From positions 58,917-122,916 of the forward strand of contig JBFLWQ010000001.1 of assembly GCA_040757775.1 (NCBI GenBank): 64,000 nt of DNA, written 5' to 3'. Below are positions 1-9,919 of the stretch, in pieces (position 1 is the first letter of the stretch; every line of letters starts with the position of its first letter). The stretch is from Thermodesulfobacteriota bacterium (GTDB taxonomy: Bacteria > Desulfobacterota > UBA8473). The position numbers and the translations under genes are program-made. The notes beneath the pieces were generated by a model. It did no database searches. It saw nothing but the letters and a program-made list of their open reading frames with translations, and had not been told where the DNA came from.

Positions 1-985
1 TTACGCCGTTCTCCGTTGCAAAGTACTTTGCCATACTGGTCTCCAGGGTATTACGCCGTCCCTGGTCTTTCTGAACAGCACACCTGTAAGTCAGTAACCT
101 GGCGGCTTCAGTCCCCACAACCATGTCGGCTATTACCTCTTGGTTCATCTGAAAGTTACCGATAAGCTGCCCGAACTGTTCCCTCTCATTGCAGTATTTT
201 ACACAGGCATCTATACATGCCTGAGCAACTCCAACTGCCCCAGCAGCACAGCTCAGGCGAGTACAGTCGAGGTCAGCCATAACTATAGCAAAACCCTGGC
301 CTATTTTTCCCAGCAGGTTTTCTTTTGGAACCTTTACATCTTCCATAATAACCTCGCCTGTAGGACAGGCATGCCATCCAAACTTATCAGCAATTTCAGG
401 GGTTGAAATACCTGGAGACTTCATATCCATTACAAATGCAGACATGCCTTTGTGTTTAAGGCTCCTGTCTGTATAGGCGAACATCACGGCTACATCCGCA
501 ACCGTAGCATAGGTAATCCATGTCTTTGTGCCATTTAGAACAAAATGATCTCCTTTTTCCACAGCAGTTGTCTTCATTGATGCCACATCTGACCCTGCAT
601 TTGGTTCAGTAATGGCAAAGGCACCTAACCATTCGGCGCTCACCAATTTGGGAATATACTTCTTCTTCTGTTCCTCATTTCCAAACTTCAGTATTGTCAT
701 AGAAGTACCCATGGTTTGCATATTAAAAGGGGCTCTCAGGGAACCGCTGACTCTCGCAATCTCCTCTGTTACTATGGCATGCCCCAAAAATCCTACACCG
801 GAACCACCGTACTCCTCAGGAATAGGACAGCCCAAGAACCCCAACTCCCCCATCTTTCTTACAATCTCCCTCTGAAACCTGTGGGCTTTTTCATCAGCAT
901 CAACCACAGGTGCAATCTCTTTCTCTGCAAAGTCTCTTGCCAATTTCTGCATCGCCAACTGTTCTTCCGTAAGATCAAAATCCAT
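1..985 (-). CDS. acyl-CoA dehydrogenase (C-terminus outside the window)
   Basis: Reverse translation from ATG 983-985 gives MDFDLTEEQ... then ...FAITEPNAGSD...; strong RBS (aagggggggaaataATG). The ORF runs off the window at position 1, so it is absent from the track. Confidence 0.8.
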   Translation of the reverse strand, partial: MDFDLTEEQLAMQKLARDFAEKEIAPVVDADEKAHRFQREIVRKMGELGFLGCPIPEEYGGSGVGFLGHAIVTEEIARVSGSLRAPFNMQTMGTSMTILKFGNEEQKKKYIPKLVSAEWLGAFAITEPNAGSDVASMKTTAVEKGDHFVLNGTKTWITYATVADVAVMFAYTDRSLKHKGMSAFVMDMKSPGISTPEIADKFGWHACPTGEVIMEDVKVPKENLLGKIGQGFAIVMADLDCTRLSCAAGAVGVAQACIDACVKYCNEREQFGQLIGNFQMNQEVIADMVVGTEAARLLTYRCAVQKDQGRRNTLETSMAKYFATENGV

Positions 986-1170
986 TATTTCCCCCCCTTA
1001 AGAATTGTGTAACCGTTCACGGTTCTCAGTTTACAGTTTGTGTTCTAGTAACCGTTAACTGCAAACCGTAAACTGTGAACTCTTACTCTTACTGAATAAC
1101 CATTCATTTTAACGATTAACATACAGGTACTGTTTTGTCAAGGTTTTTAGTAGAATCATAGACAAAACTG

Positions 1171-2655
1171 TCATGCAGCAATTTGCCCTGTTAATCTATC
1201 AGAGAGTGCCATGAGGTCTTTAGACACTTCATTGTCTGTTTTTATCATGTGGAAAGGTATTGCATACTCCCTTCCTGAAAGTACAGCCGGCATTAACCGG
1301 GAGGTGCCAACCTTTAAATAGGAAGCAACATTGTAAGCCATTCTTTGGGCGAGCGTAATGTCCTGATTATTAGGTGCTGCACCCCTGATGTCTCTTGAGA
1401 AAGGCTCACACACCACTCTTTTATTGATCTTTATACCTGTCTGTTTCAGTTCCTCGTAAAAATATTCTGCTGCATTCATCTTTTCCCCTTTTGCTTCCCT
1501 TTCATCCCTCTTATAGCCCTCAGCTACAACAATTACGCACTCTTCTCTCTTATTAATTGCATCTGCTACCTTTTTATGGTCTATTTCGCTACTGGGAAGA
1601 ACAGCCAGGTGGGCACGTGCTCCAAGGCAAGAATTCAAAGCATGGAATCCGCCTCGGGCGCCCATCATCTCTACAATGTAAACTCTTTTATGGGTTCTTG
1701 CATCTGCCATATATGACCTTATCTTTTCAGAACCAACCTCTATCCCTGTATGCTGTCCTATACAATCGGTTCCGGATAAATCACTATCGATTGTTACTGG
1801 GATAAAAAATGTTTGAACAGAAGCCGGAATAAACTCGCACAGTGAGCACAACCCTTTAAGCGTACCATCGCCGCCAATGGCAATTATGCTTTTTGCCTTT
1901 TTCTTTTTGACTGTTATGGCAGCTTTTTCTGCCATCCCTTTATTTTTAAACTCATTGTATCGCTCACTCCTCAACATTGCACCCCTGGCTTCAGAAAGGG
2001 GAGCCGCATGGTAAACTCCAGTGACATGATCCAGTTTCTTGAAAAGAACAGGGTCATACACTAAGCGTATAAAATCATCGTCCCCTCCCAGTACCAATGA
2101 TTTAAAGCCTTCCCTGGCAGCATAGACTTCTCTTCCCTGATCTTCCAGATGTTGGGTTATAAAAGCAGTAACAGAATTATATCCCGGGGCACATCCGCCG
2201 TCCTGTATAAGCAAAACATCAAACTCAGAGAACATCTTTTTCCATTCAAAGGCTGACTTTTTAATCTTAGATATCACCTTCTGAGCTATCCTAAGCCTTA
2301 CTTGAAGCTCCCCGGCATCAACTGGCTTAGTTAAATAGTCATCTGCTCCTTCGTTCATAAATTTAATCATCTCCCCCTTCTCCTCTAAGGGGGCTGTTAC
2401 TATGAAATATATCCCGGAATACGGGGAATCAGGATCGTCTTTCAAACGTTTGCACAAGTCTCTTGCGTCTATTCCTGGCATTTTAAGAGAGCAGATAACA
2501 ATATCGGGGACTGCCTTTTCCGATATCTTTACTGCCTCTTTACTACTCTTTGCTTCCCATAATAAGTAATCCTTTTTTTTTCCAAGTTGATTCATATACA
2601 TTTTTCGTGTTTCTACATCATTTTCCACCACTAAAATGCGACACTTTTCTATCAT
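1171..2655 (-). CDS. receiver-like domain fused to a phosphofructokinase-family (PFK-A) domain
   Basis: N-terminal ~120 aa is CheY-like (VVENDV, conserved Lys in YLTKP), but the phospho-acceptor position reads ICSLKMPG, i.e. Ser in place of Asp. C-terminal ~370 aa carries PFK-A motifs: DGGCAPGYN, IAIGGDGTL, PVTIDSDLSGTD, EMMGARGG. Confidence 0.6.
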   Translation of the reverse strand: MIEKCRILVVENDVETRKMYMNQLGKKKDYLLWEAKSSKEAVKISEKAVPDIVICSLKMPGIDARDLCKRLKDDPDSPYSGIYFIVTAPLEEKGEMIKFMNEGADDYLTKPVDAGELQVRLRIAQKVISKIKKSAFEWKKMFSEFDVLLIQDGGCAPGYNSVTAFITQHLEDQGREVYAAREGFKSLVLGGDDDFIRLVYDPVLFKKLDHVTGVYHAAPLSEARGAMLRSERYNEFKNKGMAEKAAITVKKKKAKSIIAIGGDGTLKGLCSLCEFIPASVQTFFIPVTIDSDLSGTDCIGQHTGIEVGSEKIRSYMADARTHKRVYIVEMMGARGGFHALNSCLGARAHLAVLPSSEIDHKKVADAINKREECVIVVAEGYKRDEREAKGEKMNAAEYFYEELKQTGIKINKRVVCEPFSRDIRGAAPNNQDITLAQRMAYNVASYLKVGTSRLMPAVLSGREYAIPFHMIKTDNEVSKDLMALSDRLTGQIAA

Positions 2656-2947
2656 TTATATCCTCCTTTCAATAAATGTTCTGACAGGTAAGACACCTGT
2701 CCTACTGATTGATTTCTGTTTTTCATATTATGTTTCTGTTTTTCATAAAGCTTTTGAGATTACCATTTCAATCGTATTGTCAAAACCTCCCAAGAATCGG
2801 CACTGACTTCCTCTAATTTCCCCCTCCCCTCAATCCCCTCCCACCAAGGGAGGGGATATTTTAGTTGACTGGATAGTCTTTTTTTGTTATTCTTACAGCC
2901 CGTGTTAATTCATTGATAAATTATTTATATCCCTGAGGTAAAAAACA

Positions 2948-3844
2948 ATGATGAAGGAACCAAAATACCTATTAGGGCCAATGCGCTTCCCTTTTCTTAT
3001 CTTAACACCAGCCTGCGTTTTTTTGGGGTTTGGAACTGCCATCTGGAGAACCCATGAGGTAAACATCTTTTACCTTGTTTTAGCCTTAGTTGGGGCTGTT
3101 TGTGCACACATCAGTGTCAATGCTCTTAATGAATACTTTGATTTCAGGAGTGGTTTAGACTTCAAAACAGAGCGAACTCCCTTCAGCGGCGGCAGCGGAA
3201 CCCTGCCTGAAAAGCCTGACATGGCACGTTCAGCTTTGAAGACAGGACTGATAACCTTTACCATTACAGGCATGATTGGGGTATACTTTGTTTATATAAG
3301 GGGTTTATTGCTTTTACCATTGGGCATTCTTGGACTGATAACCATATTTACCTATACTATCTGGATTACCCGTTATCCAATTTTGTGCCTGATTGCCCCG
3401 GGGTTGGGCTTTGGGACGTTTATGGTAATGGGTACGGACTTTGTCCTTACAGGCCAATATTCATGGACAGCGTTTATTGCCTCACTCGTGCCATTCTTTT
3501 TGGTAAGCGACCTCTTGCTTTTGAACCAATTCCCCGACACCGAGGCAGATCAGAGCATAGGCAGAAAACACTTTCCCATTCTTGTTGGCAGACAAACCAG
3601 CAGCCTTATCTACGGGATATTTCTCCTGTCAGCATATCTGTCTATCATATTTGGTGTTAACCTTGGATACCTGCCCAAAATCAGCCTCGTAGGGCTTGCT
3701 ACAATTGTTATAGCTGTGCCTGCCTTTGTTGGTGCATTTCGACATGCTGAAGACATAAAGAAGCTAACGCCTTATATGGGTTTGAACGTGATCATAAACA
3801 TAGCAACGCCGGTACTGGTTGCTACAGGACTGTTTATTGGATAG
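2948..3844 (+). CDS. UbiA-family polyprenyltransferase (MenA/UbiA-like membrane protein)
   Basis: 298 aa, multi-pass hydrophobic, Asp-rich motif NALNEYFDFRSGLD typical of UbiA prenyltransferases. Confidence 0.65.
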   Translation: MMKEPKYLLGPMRFPFLILTPACVFLGFGTAIWRTHEVNIFYLVLALVGAVCAHISVNALNEYFDFRSGLDFKTERTPFSGGSGTLPEKPDMARSALKTGLITFTITGMIGVYFVYIRGLLLLPLGILGLITIFTYTIWITRYPILCLIAPGLGFGTFMVMGTDFVLTGQYSWTAFIASLVPFFLVSDLLLLNQFPDTEADQSIGRKHFPILVGRQTSSLIYGIFLLSAYLSIIFGVNLGYLPKISLVGLATIVIAVPAFVGAFRHAEDIKKLTPYMGLNVIINIATPVLVATGLFIG

Positions 3845-3878
3845 GCGCTTAAAACAGAAGATGCAGGGCAGTCATCCA

Positions 3879-4748
3879 CTATCCTATCAGCTCCCTATAT
3901 GCCTTAGCTATACTTTTATATATCGGACCGGGGCTGCCGTCCTTTATCTTTTTATTATTTACTTCAACAACCGGCATTACTTCCATTATAGAATTTGTCA
4001 AGAATACCTCATCCGAGGTGAAGAGTTCATATGGTACAATTTTCTTTTCAGCTACCTCGAGGTTTAATTCATGAATAATACCCAGTACTGCCTTCCTTGT
4101 TACACCAGGTAATAAATGGCTTGAAACAGGGGGGGTAAAAATCTTCTCAGACTTTACTGTAAAGACATTGCTTGTAGCACCCTCTGTTACTTCTCCCTCA
4201 GAATTCAATAAGATAGCTTCAAATGCCCCTTTTATTCTGGCTTCTTCCTTTGCCAGGATGTTGTTAAGGTAGCTCAAGGATTTATGCTGGGGCAAAGGAG
4301 AAAATGAATTCTGTCTGATGCCTGATATTATTACATTAACACCTTGAGTATAGTATTCTTGAGGATATGGGGAGATTTCCTTTGCCATGATGACAACAGT
4401 GGGGTCATAGCTGTCATTGAAAGTCAGAGTGTCACGGTGGAGCCCCCTGGACACAGTAAGTCTTATATAGGCATCGGATAAGCGGTTGAGTTCTATCAAT
4501 CTGTCTATATCCGATTTCAGTTCTTCTTTATCCTTCCTGAGAGGAATCCGTAGCTTATCAAGGGAGTCGAATAATCGTGAGAGATGTCCGTCCAGCATAA
4601 AGACCCTGCCCGAATATGCCCTCATAGTCTCAAATAATCCATCTCCGTATAAAAATCCCCTGTCGAACACAGAGATTTTAGCTTCTTCCTTTGACACAAA
4701 ATCCCCGTTCAGATATACGTAATTGTTCATAATAACGATTCTCCGCAA
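3879..4748 (-). CDS. pabC: class IV PLP enzyme, probable aminodeoxychorismate lyase
   Basis: 289 aa; fold-type IV aminotransferase-like N-terminus (VFDRGFLYGDGLFET). Lies immediately downstream of the pabA/pabB-like genes on the same strand. Confidence 0.5.
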   Translation of the reverse strand: MRRIVIMNNYVYLNGDFVSKEEAKISVFDRGFLYGDGLFETMRAYSGRVFMLDGHLSRLFDSLDKLRIPLRKDKEELKSDIDRLIELNRLSDAYIRLTVSRGLHRDTLTFNDSYDPTVVIMAKEISPYPQEYYTQGVNVIISGIRQNSFSPLPQHKSLSYLNNILAKEEARIKGAFEAILLNSEGEVTEGATSNVFTVKSEKIFTPPVSSHLLPGVTRKAVLGIIHELNLEVAEKKIVPYELFTSDEVFLTNSIMEVMPVVEVNNKKIKDGSPGPIYKSIAKAYRELIG

Positions 4749-4969
4749 GACCTGAAAAACTATTTAGTTGGCACTGAAAAATTCCCTTTTCCGCTCTCTG
4801 GTGCAGGTTTTTTGACCCATCTATGACTTGCTCCAGGCATTTTCAGGAACTCTCCGCCTACGGCGGATCAAATCCGCCAAAGGCGGACTTATCTTCCGCT
4901 TCGTCAAGATGGGTACCCCAAAAATCCTGCTCATATTCGCTCCAAAGGAAATTTTTCGATGAACTATCT

Positions 4970-6409
4970 TCAACTGGTCAGGGCTTCAATCAATGCCTTT
5001 GCCTTATCCAGGGTTTCATCAAATTCCCCTTCCAGGGTAGAATCAGCAACTATCCCCCCGCCTACCTGGAAATAGACATCATCCCCCTTTATAAGGAAGG
5101 TACGAATAGCGATATTCAGGTCTATATGATTATTAAAGCCCAGATATCCGATAGACCCTGTATATACGCTTCTGGCAGTAGGTTCCAGCTCATCTATTAT
5201 CTCCATTGCCCTAATCTTCGGAGCACCTGTTATAGAACCTCCGGGGAAACATGCCTTTAACAAATCTATGTAATTATACCTGGGGAGCAACGTTCCTTCT
5301 ACTGTTGAAACCAGGTGAAAAACCGTAGCATAGGTCTCAGCAATAGCATGCTCCGTTACTCTGACTGAGCCATAGTCACATACCCGTCCCAGGTCATTTC
5401 GTTCCAAATCCACAATCATATTTAGCTCTGCCCTGTCTTTTTCGCTTTTTATAAGTTCTTCTTTCAACCTCTCGTCTTCACCATGGTCTTTTCCCCTTGG
5501 CCGGGTACCTTTTATCGGTCTTGTCTGGACCCTATCACCTTCTACTTTCAGGAACCTCTCCGGAGAAGAGCTGACTATTGTCACATCACTTAAGTTCAGG
5601 TAGCAGGCAAAAGGGGCTGGATTGACACTGCGGAGTTTCTTATACAATTGATAATGCCCCATGGGAAGCTTTGCATGAAACCTCTGAGACAGGTTCACCT
5701 GGTATATATCCCCGGCAAAGATATACTCTTTGGCCTTTTCTATAGCCTTTAAATAGTTTTCTCTCGTGAAGTTTGATTCAAGGGCCACTTTGGGTCTTGT
5801 TGCATTCATGGGATTTGATGGGTTTACCCCAGTATTTTTTAGCACAACCAATATCTCCTCTTCAAACTTTCTTATCCTGTCTTCAGTCGTCTTTTTTGTC
5901 ATAAAATCCTGGGTCCCATCAAAACGAGTCAAGCAGATATACCATCTGTTCTCCTGATGGTCATAGGCTAATATCCTATCATAGAAGCAGAAATAACAAT
6001 CTGGGAGGCTCAGGTCATCAACCACAGTTTTTGGTAACCTTTCAATAAAATGGCAGAGGTCATACGAAAAATAGCCAACCCCTCCACCGATAAAGGGAGG
6101 ATTGGCAAGGTCAGATTTAATCTTATAGCGCCTGATGATGCTATCAATGATATGGAATGGGTTACCCGTTATGGTATACTTATCGCCCCCAATGGCAATT
6201 TCTATCCTGTTACCTTTGCTCTTCAATATTAAAAAAGGGGCATACCCCATGAAGGAATATCTTCCAAGTTTGTACCTGTCCATGCCGCTGTCCAGAAAGA
6301 AACTGAAAGGCATTGAGTGAATCCTGTCGAAAACAGATTCAGGTGGTAAAAAGATGTTAAGCTCTCTTACTACAGGTCTCCCAATTTTTACCCCATTTAA
6401 AAAATTCAC
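4970..6409 (-). CDS. pabB: aminodeoxychorismate (or anthranilate) synthase component I
   Basis: 479 aa chorismate-binding enzyme (GGGVGYFSYD; PGGSITGAPK; ...SIGY). Operon context with a glutamine amidotransferase and a class IV lyase. Confidence 0.6.
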   Translation of the reverse strand: MNFLNGVKIGRPVVRELNIFLPPESVFDRIHSMPFSFFLDSGMDRYKLGRYSFMGYAPFLILKSKGNRIEIAIGGDKYTITGNPFHIIDSIIRRYKIKSDLANPPFIGGGVGYFSYDLCHFIERLPKTVVDDLSLPDCYFCFYDRILAYDHQENRWYICLTRFDGTQDFMTKKTTEDRIRKFEEEILVVLKNTGVNPSNPMNATRPKVALESNFTRENYLKAIEKAKEYIFAGDIYQVNLSQRFHAKLPMGHYQLYKKLRSVNPAPFACYLNLSDVTIVSSSPERFLKVEGDRVQTRPIKGTRPRGKDHGEDERLKEELIKSEKDRAELNMIVDLERNDLGRVCDYGSVRVTEHAIAETYATVFHLVSTVEGTLLPRYNYIDLLKACFPGGSITGAPKIRAMEIIDELEPTARSVYTGSIGYLGFNNHIDLNIAIRTFLIKGDDVYFQVGGGIVADSTLEGEFDETLDKAKALIEALTS

Positions 6410-6419
6410 AGATATGCCT

Positions 6420-7004
6420 CTAAAGGTCTATAAAGTTCCTGACAATCTTCTTCCCCTCACCGGTAAGAAACGATTCCGGATGAAACTGCACCCCTTCTAT
6501 TGTATAATCCCTGTGCCTTGTGCCCATTATAATGCTATCCTCTGTCCTTGCTGTAATCTCAAGACAGGGAGGGAATTCATCGTTTGACACAATAAGAGAA
6601 TGATACCTGGTGGCCTCAAAAGGATTTTCAACTCCCCTATAGACACCCTTTCCATCATGATAGATCATGGAGGTTTTGCCGTGCATAACTACATCTGCCC
6701 TTTTAACCTTACCTCCAAAAACTTCTCCTATGCATTGATGGCCCAGACAGACACCAAGTATACATTTCTTTTCTCCAAAATACCTGATGACGTCTTTCGA
6801 TATGCCAGCATCGTCCGGTGTACATGGACCAGGGGAGATGACTATCTTGTCCGGGTTTATATCTTCTATACCTTCCAGGGTTATCTTATCGTTCCTTATC
6901 ACCTTGAGTGTCACTCCAAGCTCACCGAAGTGCTGGACAAGGTTATAGGTAAAGGAATCGTAATTGTCTATCATCAGTATAAGCATCTTTTTCCCCTGGT
7001 GCAC
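6420..7004 (-). CDS. pabA: glutamine amidotransferase component II (PabA/TrpG type)
   Basis: 194 aa, MLILMIDNYDSFTYNLVQ, class-I GATase Cys in GVCLGHQ, and HPESF near the C-terminus. Confidence 0.7.
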   Translation of the reverse strand: MHQGKKMLILMIDNYDSFTYNLVQHFGELGVTLKVIRNDKITLEGIEDINPDKIVISPGPCTPDDAGISKDVIRYFGEKKCILGVCLGHQCIGEVFGGKVKRADVVMHGKTSMIYHDGKGVYRGVENPFEATRYHSLIVSNDEFPPCLEITARTEDSIIMGTRHRDYTIEGVQFHPESFLTGEGKKIVRNFIDL

Positions 7005-7125
7005 AACTATACCATTTCTTCTTAAGGTTTTCCAGTGGTTTTATAAAAAGAGCGCTAAAATACAAAAAAGGCTGGATTTTACCCAGTAATTGAGGTATAT
7101 CTATTTCTCGTAACTGGAGGATATT

Positions 7126-8493
7126 ATGATGCCCGTCAAACCAACCTATGAAGAGTTGGAGCAAAGAATAAAAGAATTAGAAACAGAAGCTATTAAACAT
7201 AAGAATATAGACAGGGCATTTAGGGAGAGTGAAGAACGGTTCCGAACCCTGTCGGAGGCTACTTTTGAAGGAATAGCAATCCATGAAGGGGGTGTACTTC
7301 TTACAGCAAATGAACAATACTTTCGGATGTTTGGGTATGATCCGCAAGAACTGATCGGGCAGCAGGTAATACCATTGACAGTGGCTCCTTTGTCCAGAGA
7401 ATTTATTGAAAAACAGATTAAATCTGGAGTCACAGGATCTCATGAGATTATGGGGCTTAAGAAAGACGGGACAGAGTTTCCGATAGAGACTAATGTGAAG
7501 TCTATGGAATATCAGGGACGTTTGGTCAGGGTAGTAGCAATCAGAAATATTTCTGAACGTAATCGAACCGATAAAGAACTGATAGAGGGCGAAGAGAGAT
7601 ATCGTACAATTTTAGATTCTAATCCTGATCCAGCGGTTATTTATGACATGGATGGCAAAGTAGTCTATCTTAATCCTGCATTTACAAGCGTGTTCGGGTG
7701 GACACAGGAGGAACGTCTGGGGAAAAAAATGGACAACTTTATCCCGGAGGAAGAATGGCCCATACTCCAAAAATTATTCGAAGAAGGCAATACCAATGCA
7801 TGTTTCCTGGATGTCGAGAGTAGAAGATATACCAAGGAAGGTAAAATTCTTGATGTCAGTATAAGCGGAGCATTTTTTAAGGATTCTAAAGGAATGCCGG
7901 CAGGAAGCTATGTTACTTTACGAAACATAACTGAAAATAAGAAGATGGAGAAGGCTTTGCGGGAAAGCGAGGAGAAATTTAGACGTCTTTCCTACATGGA
8001 TGATTTGACAGGTGTGGCAAATCGGCGTTATTTTGAAGAGATCTTTAATGTAGAGTGGGGACGTGGAGCACGTGACAGGTCTCCAATGTCACTGATCATG
8101 TGCGACATCGATTTTTTCAAGGCTTATAATGACAGACTGGGGCATCAAAGTGGTGATGATGCTCTGAAACAGGTAGCAGACTTATTGAGAAGTACGCTCC
8201 GCCGCCCCGGAGACATGGCGGCACGTTATGGCGGTGAGGAATTTGTGGTTGTGCTGCCGGATACGGATAAAAAGGGAGCTGCTCTTGTGGCAGAGCTATT
8301 GCGGGCTAATGTGGAGGTTTCAGGAATTGCACACCCTGACTCACCAATCTGTAAATCAGTAACCATCAGTATAGGGGTTGCCACTACAATCCCAGGTGGT
8401 AGGCATAAACCTGCTTCACTGATTTCAAAAGCAGACCATGCTATGTATCAGGCAAAAAAAGAAGGGCGTAACAGGGTTAAAATATCTGATTAA
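7126..8493 (+). CDS. PAS/PAC sensor diguanylate cyclase (GGDEF)
   Basis: 455 aa; two PAS-like segments followed by a GGDEF domain with active-site RYGGEEF. RBS ggagga lies upstream of the ATG pair at 7126/7129. Confidence 0.8.
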   Translation: MMPVKPTYEELEQRIKELETEAIKHKNIDRAFRESEERFRTLSEATFEGIAIHEGGVLLTANEQYFRMFGYDPQELIGQQVIPLTVAPLSREFIEKQIKSGVTGSHEIMGLKKDGTEFPIETNVKSMEYQGRLVRVVAIRNISERNRTDKELIEGEERYRTILDSNPDPAVIYDMDGKVVYLNPAFTSVFGWTQEERLGKKMDNFIPEEEWPILQKLFEEGNTNACFLDVESRRYTKEGKILDVSISGAFFKDSKGMPAGSYVTLRNITENKKMEKALRESEEKFRRLSYMDDLTGVANRRYFEEIFNVEWGRGARDRSPMSLIMCDIDFFKAYNDRLGHQSGDDALKQVADLLRSTLRRPGDMAARYGGEEFVVVLPDTDKKGAALVAELLRANVEVSGIAHPDSPICKSVTISIGVATTIPGGRHKPASLISKADHAMYQAKKEGRNRVKISD

Positions 8494-8577
8494 CGCGTAG
8501 TTTATAGAGGGCATCGCCACAGGAAACTTCAAACACAGGAACCCTTTGCCTATGGCAGGTCAACTTATATAAAATAT

Positions 8578-8606
8578 TTGACAAACCATATTGAAGGTGT
8601 TAATAA
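8578..8606 (+). promoter_or_regulatory. sigma70-like promoter for the tRNA (TTGACA-17 nt-TAATAA)
   Basis: TTGACA at 8578-8583, 17-nt spacer, TAATAA at 8601-8606, about 28 nt upstream of the tRNA 5' end. Confidence 0.4.
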
Positions 8607-8634
8607 AACATCCTCGAAATCATTAAATAACCGA

Positions 8635-8711
8635 GCCCCCGTAGCTCAGGTGGATAGAGCAAGGGATTCCTAATCCCTGTGCCGCGTGTTCGAGTCACGC
8701 CGGGGGCACCA
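8635..8711 (+). tRNA. tRNA-Arg (anticodon CCT), 77 nt with encoded CCA
   Basis: Cloverleaf read by hand: acceptor GCCCCCG/CGGGGGC, D-arm GCUC/GAGC, anticodon stem AGGGA/UCCCU with loop UUCCUAA (anticodon CCU), T-arm GCGUG-UUCGAGU-CACGC, discriminator A, then CCA. Confidence 0.85.
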
Positions 8712-8763
8712 TCCCATCAATAATTTCCTACGTTTTATTCAATAGTTAGCTTGTTTACCCATT

Positions 8764-8790
8764 TTCCACACTGTTCCACAGAATTCCAAA
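8764..8790 (+). repeat. three direct heptamer repeats at exact 10-bp phasing (TTCCACA, TTCCACA, TTCCAAA)
   Basis: Copies at 8764-8770, 8774-8780 and 8784-8790, about 55 nt 3' of the tRNA. Same-face spacing suggests a protein-binding array. Confidence 0.4.
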
Positions 8791-8890
8791 AAGTCGCATA
8801 TTTTTGACAAAGTTTTGGGTCAGGATTGGGTCAAAAAAATTATGCCTTAAAACCGCCACTGTAATTGTTGAATTAACTGGAAGGAAATTT

Positions 8891-9919
8891 ATGGAGAGAA
8901 CAGTAATTTATTGTCCAAGGGACAAACAGAGAAAGTTTTTGGTGATCTGTATACAAACGTGTAAGTCTAAGTCCGGGTGCGAAAGTATAAGAAATATTTC
9001 TCAAGAAACAATCGACGGAGAGCTGGAGGACTACAAAGGAAAAGAGGAAACTGTCAATGCCGTGAGGCAGGAATGCTCTCTTGAAAAGGATGAAAATGGT
9101 ATCTGCTCTCACCTGTGGGGAATGTCGTCTTGTATTGAAAGAGTAAAGTGCTGTTGTGAGTGTGAAAAGGAATTCTGTAACTCTCGATGTAGCAACTCTG
9201 AACCGAAAAAAGCAACGGTACCTGCCGTGATGGAAAAAGGTACAGATATAGAGAGGTCTGTTTATTGCAAGGAAAAGGCAGAGGAACTTTGCAATCGGAT
9301 CGAGGATAGTTATTATGAGTTGGCAATGATCCTGCGCGAGATTGAGAAGGAACAGTATTACATGAATTGGGGATATTCAGGCTTTGTGGAGTACGTAAAG
9401 GAGTGTTTAGGTTTTAAGGAGCGAAAGGCAAGATATTTGATAGCGATTGCGGATATGTGCCAGCGGTATAATATCACGAAGGATGAAAGAATAGGAATTG
9501 AGTGGTCAAAACTTAAGGAGTTACCTGGAGTAATCAATGAGGAAAATAAAGAAGAATGGCTTGGCAAAGCCCGGGAGAGTACTACAACCAATTTACAGGA
9601 TGAGGTAAGAAAGGCACGTGGGATTAGTCCAGGTGAAATGAAGTCGTTTATTACTTTTTCCCTTGCAGAAGGGCAAAAGCTGGTGGTTGAGAGTGCGTTG
9701 GACCTGGCAGGAAAATTAACTGGATCTGAGGTAAGGTCATATCTTCTTGAGGTCATATGCCAGGAGTTTGTCGGTACCTATATGAATATGGACGAACTTG
9801 CAATTAAAGCATTTGAGAGGTCTCATGGACTACAAGAAGATGAAGTTCCCGAAACAGGGGAAAGTGGTATTAAAAGGTATAGACTACGTGAGGTTCAAAA
9901 GATGGATTCACGAGCGTGA
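8891..9919 (+). CDS. hypothetical Cys-rich protein (first gene of the phage-like region)
   Basis: The track starts at a TTG at 8804; ATG 8891 has RBS ggaaggaaa. The N-terminal half is Cys-rich (CxxC/CCCEC clusters). No integrase motifs are present. Confidence 0.4.
   Translation: MERTVIYCPRDKQRKFLVICIQTCKSKSGCESIRNISQETIDGELEDYKGKEETVNAVRQECSLEKDENGICSHLWGMSSCIERVKCCCECEKEFCNSRCSNSEPKKATVPAVMEKGTDIERSVYCKEKAEELCNRIEDSYYELAMILREIEKEQYYMNWGYSGFVEYVKECLGFKERKARYLIAIADMCQRYNITKDERIGIEWSKLKELPGVINEENKEEWLGKARESTTTNLQDEVRKARGISPGEMKSFITFSLAEGQKLVVESALDLAGKLTGSEVRSYLLEVICQEFVGTYMNMDELAIKAFERSHGLQEDEVPETGESGIKRYRLREVQKMDSRA

Noticed and set aside
3385-3660. Overlapping alternative-frame ORFs inside the UbiA-like gene (3385..3660 +, 3070..3273 -)
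   Set aside because: They are nested inside a longer ORF with clear membrane-protein character; no independent support.
8804-8890. ORF-track start (TTG 8804) of the first post-tRNA gene, also containing a TTGACA hexamer
   Set aside because: It is a TTG start with no RBS; a good RBS + ATG lies at 8891. The TTGACA has no usable -10 at 16-18 nt spacing.
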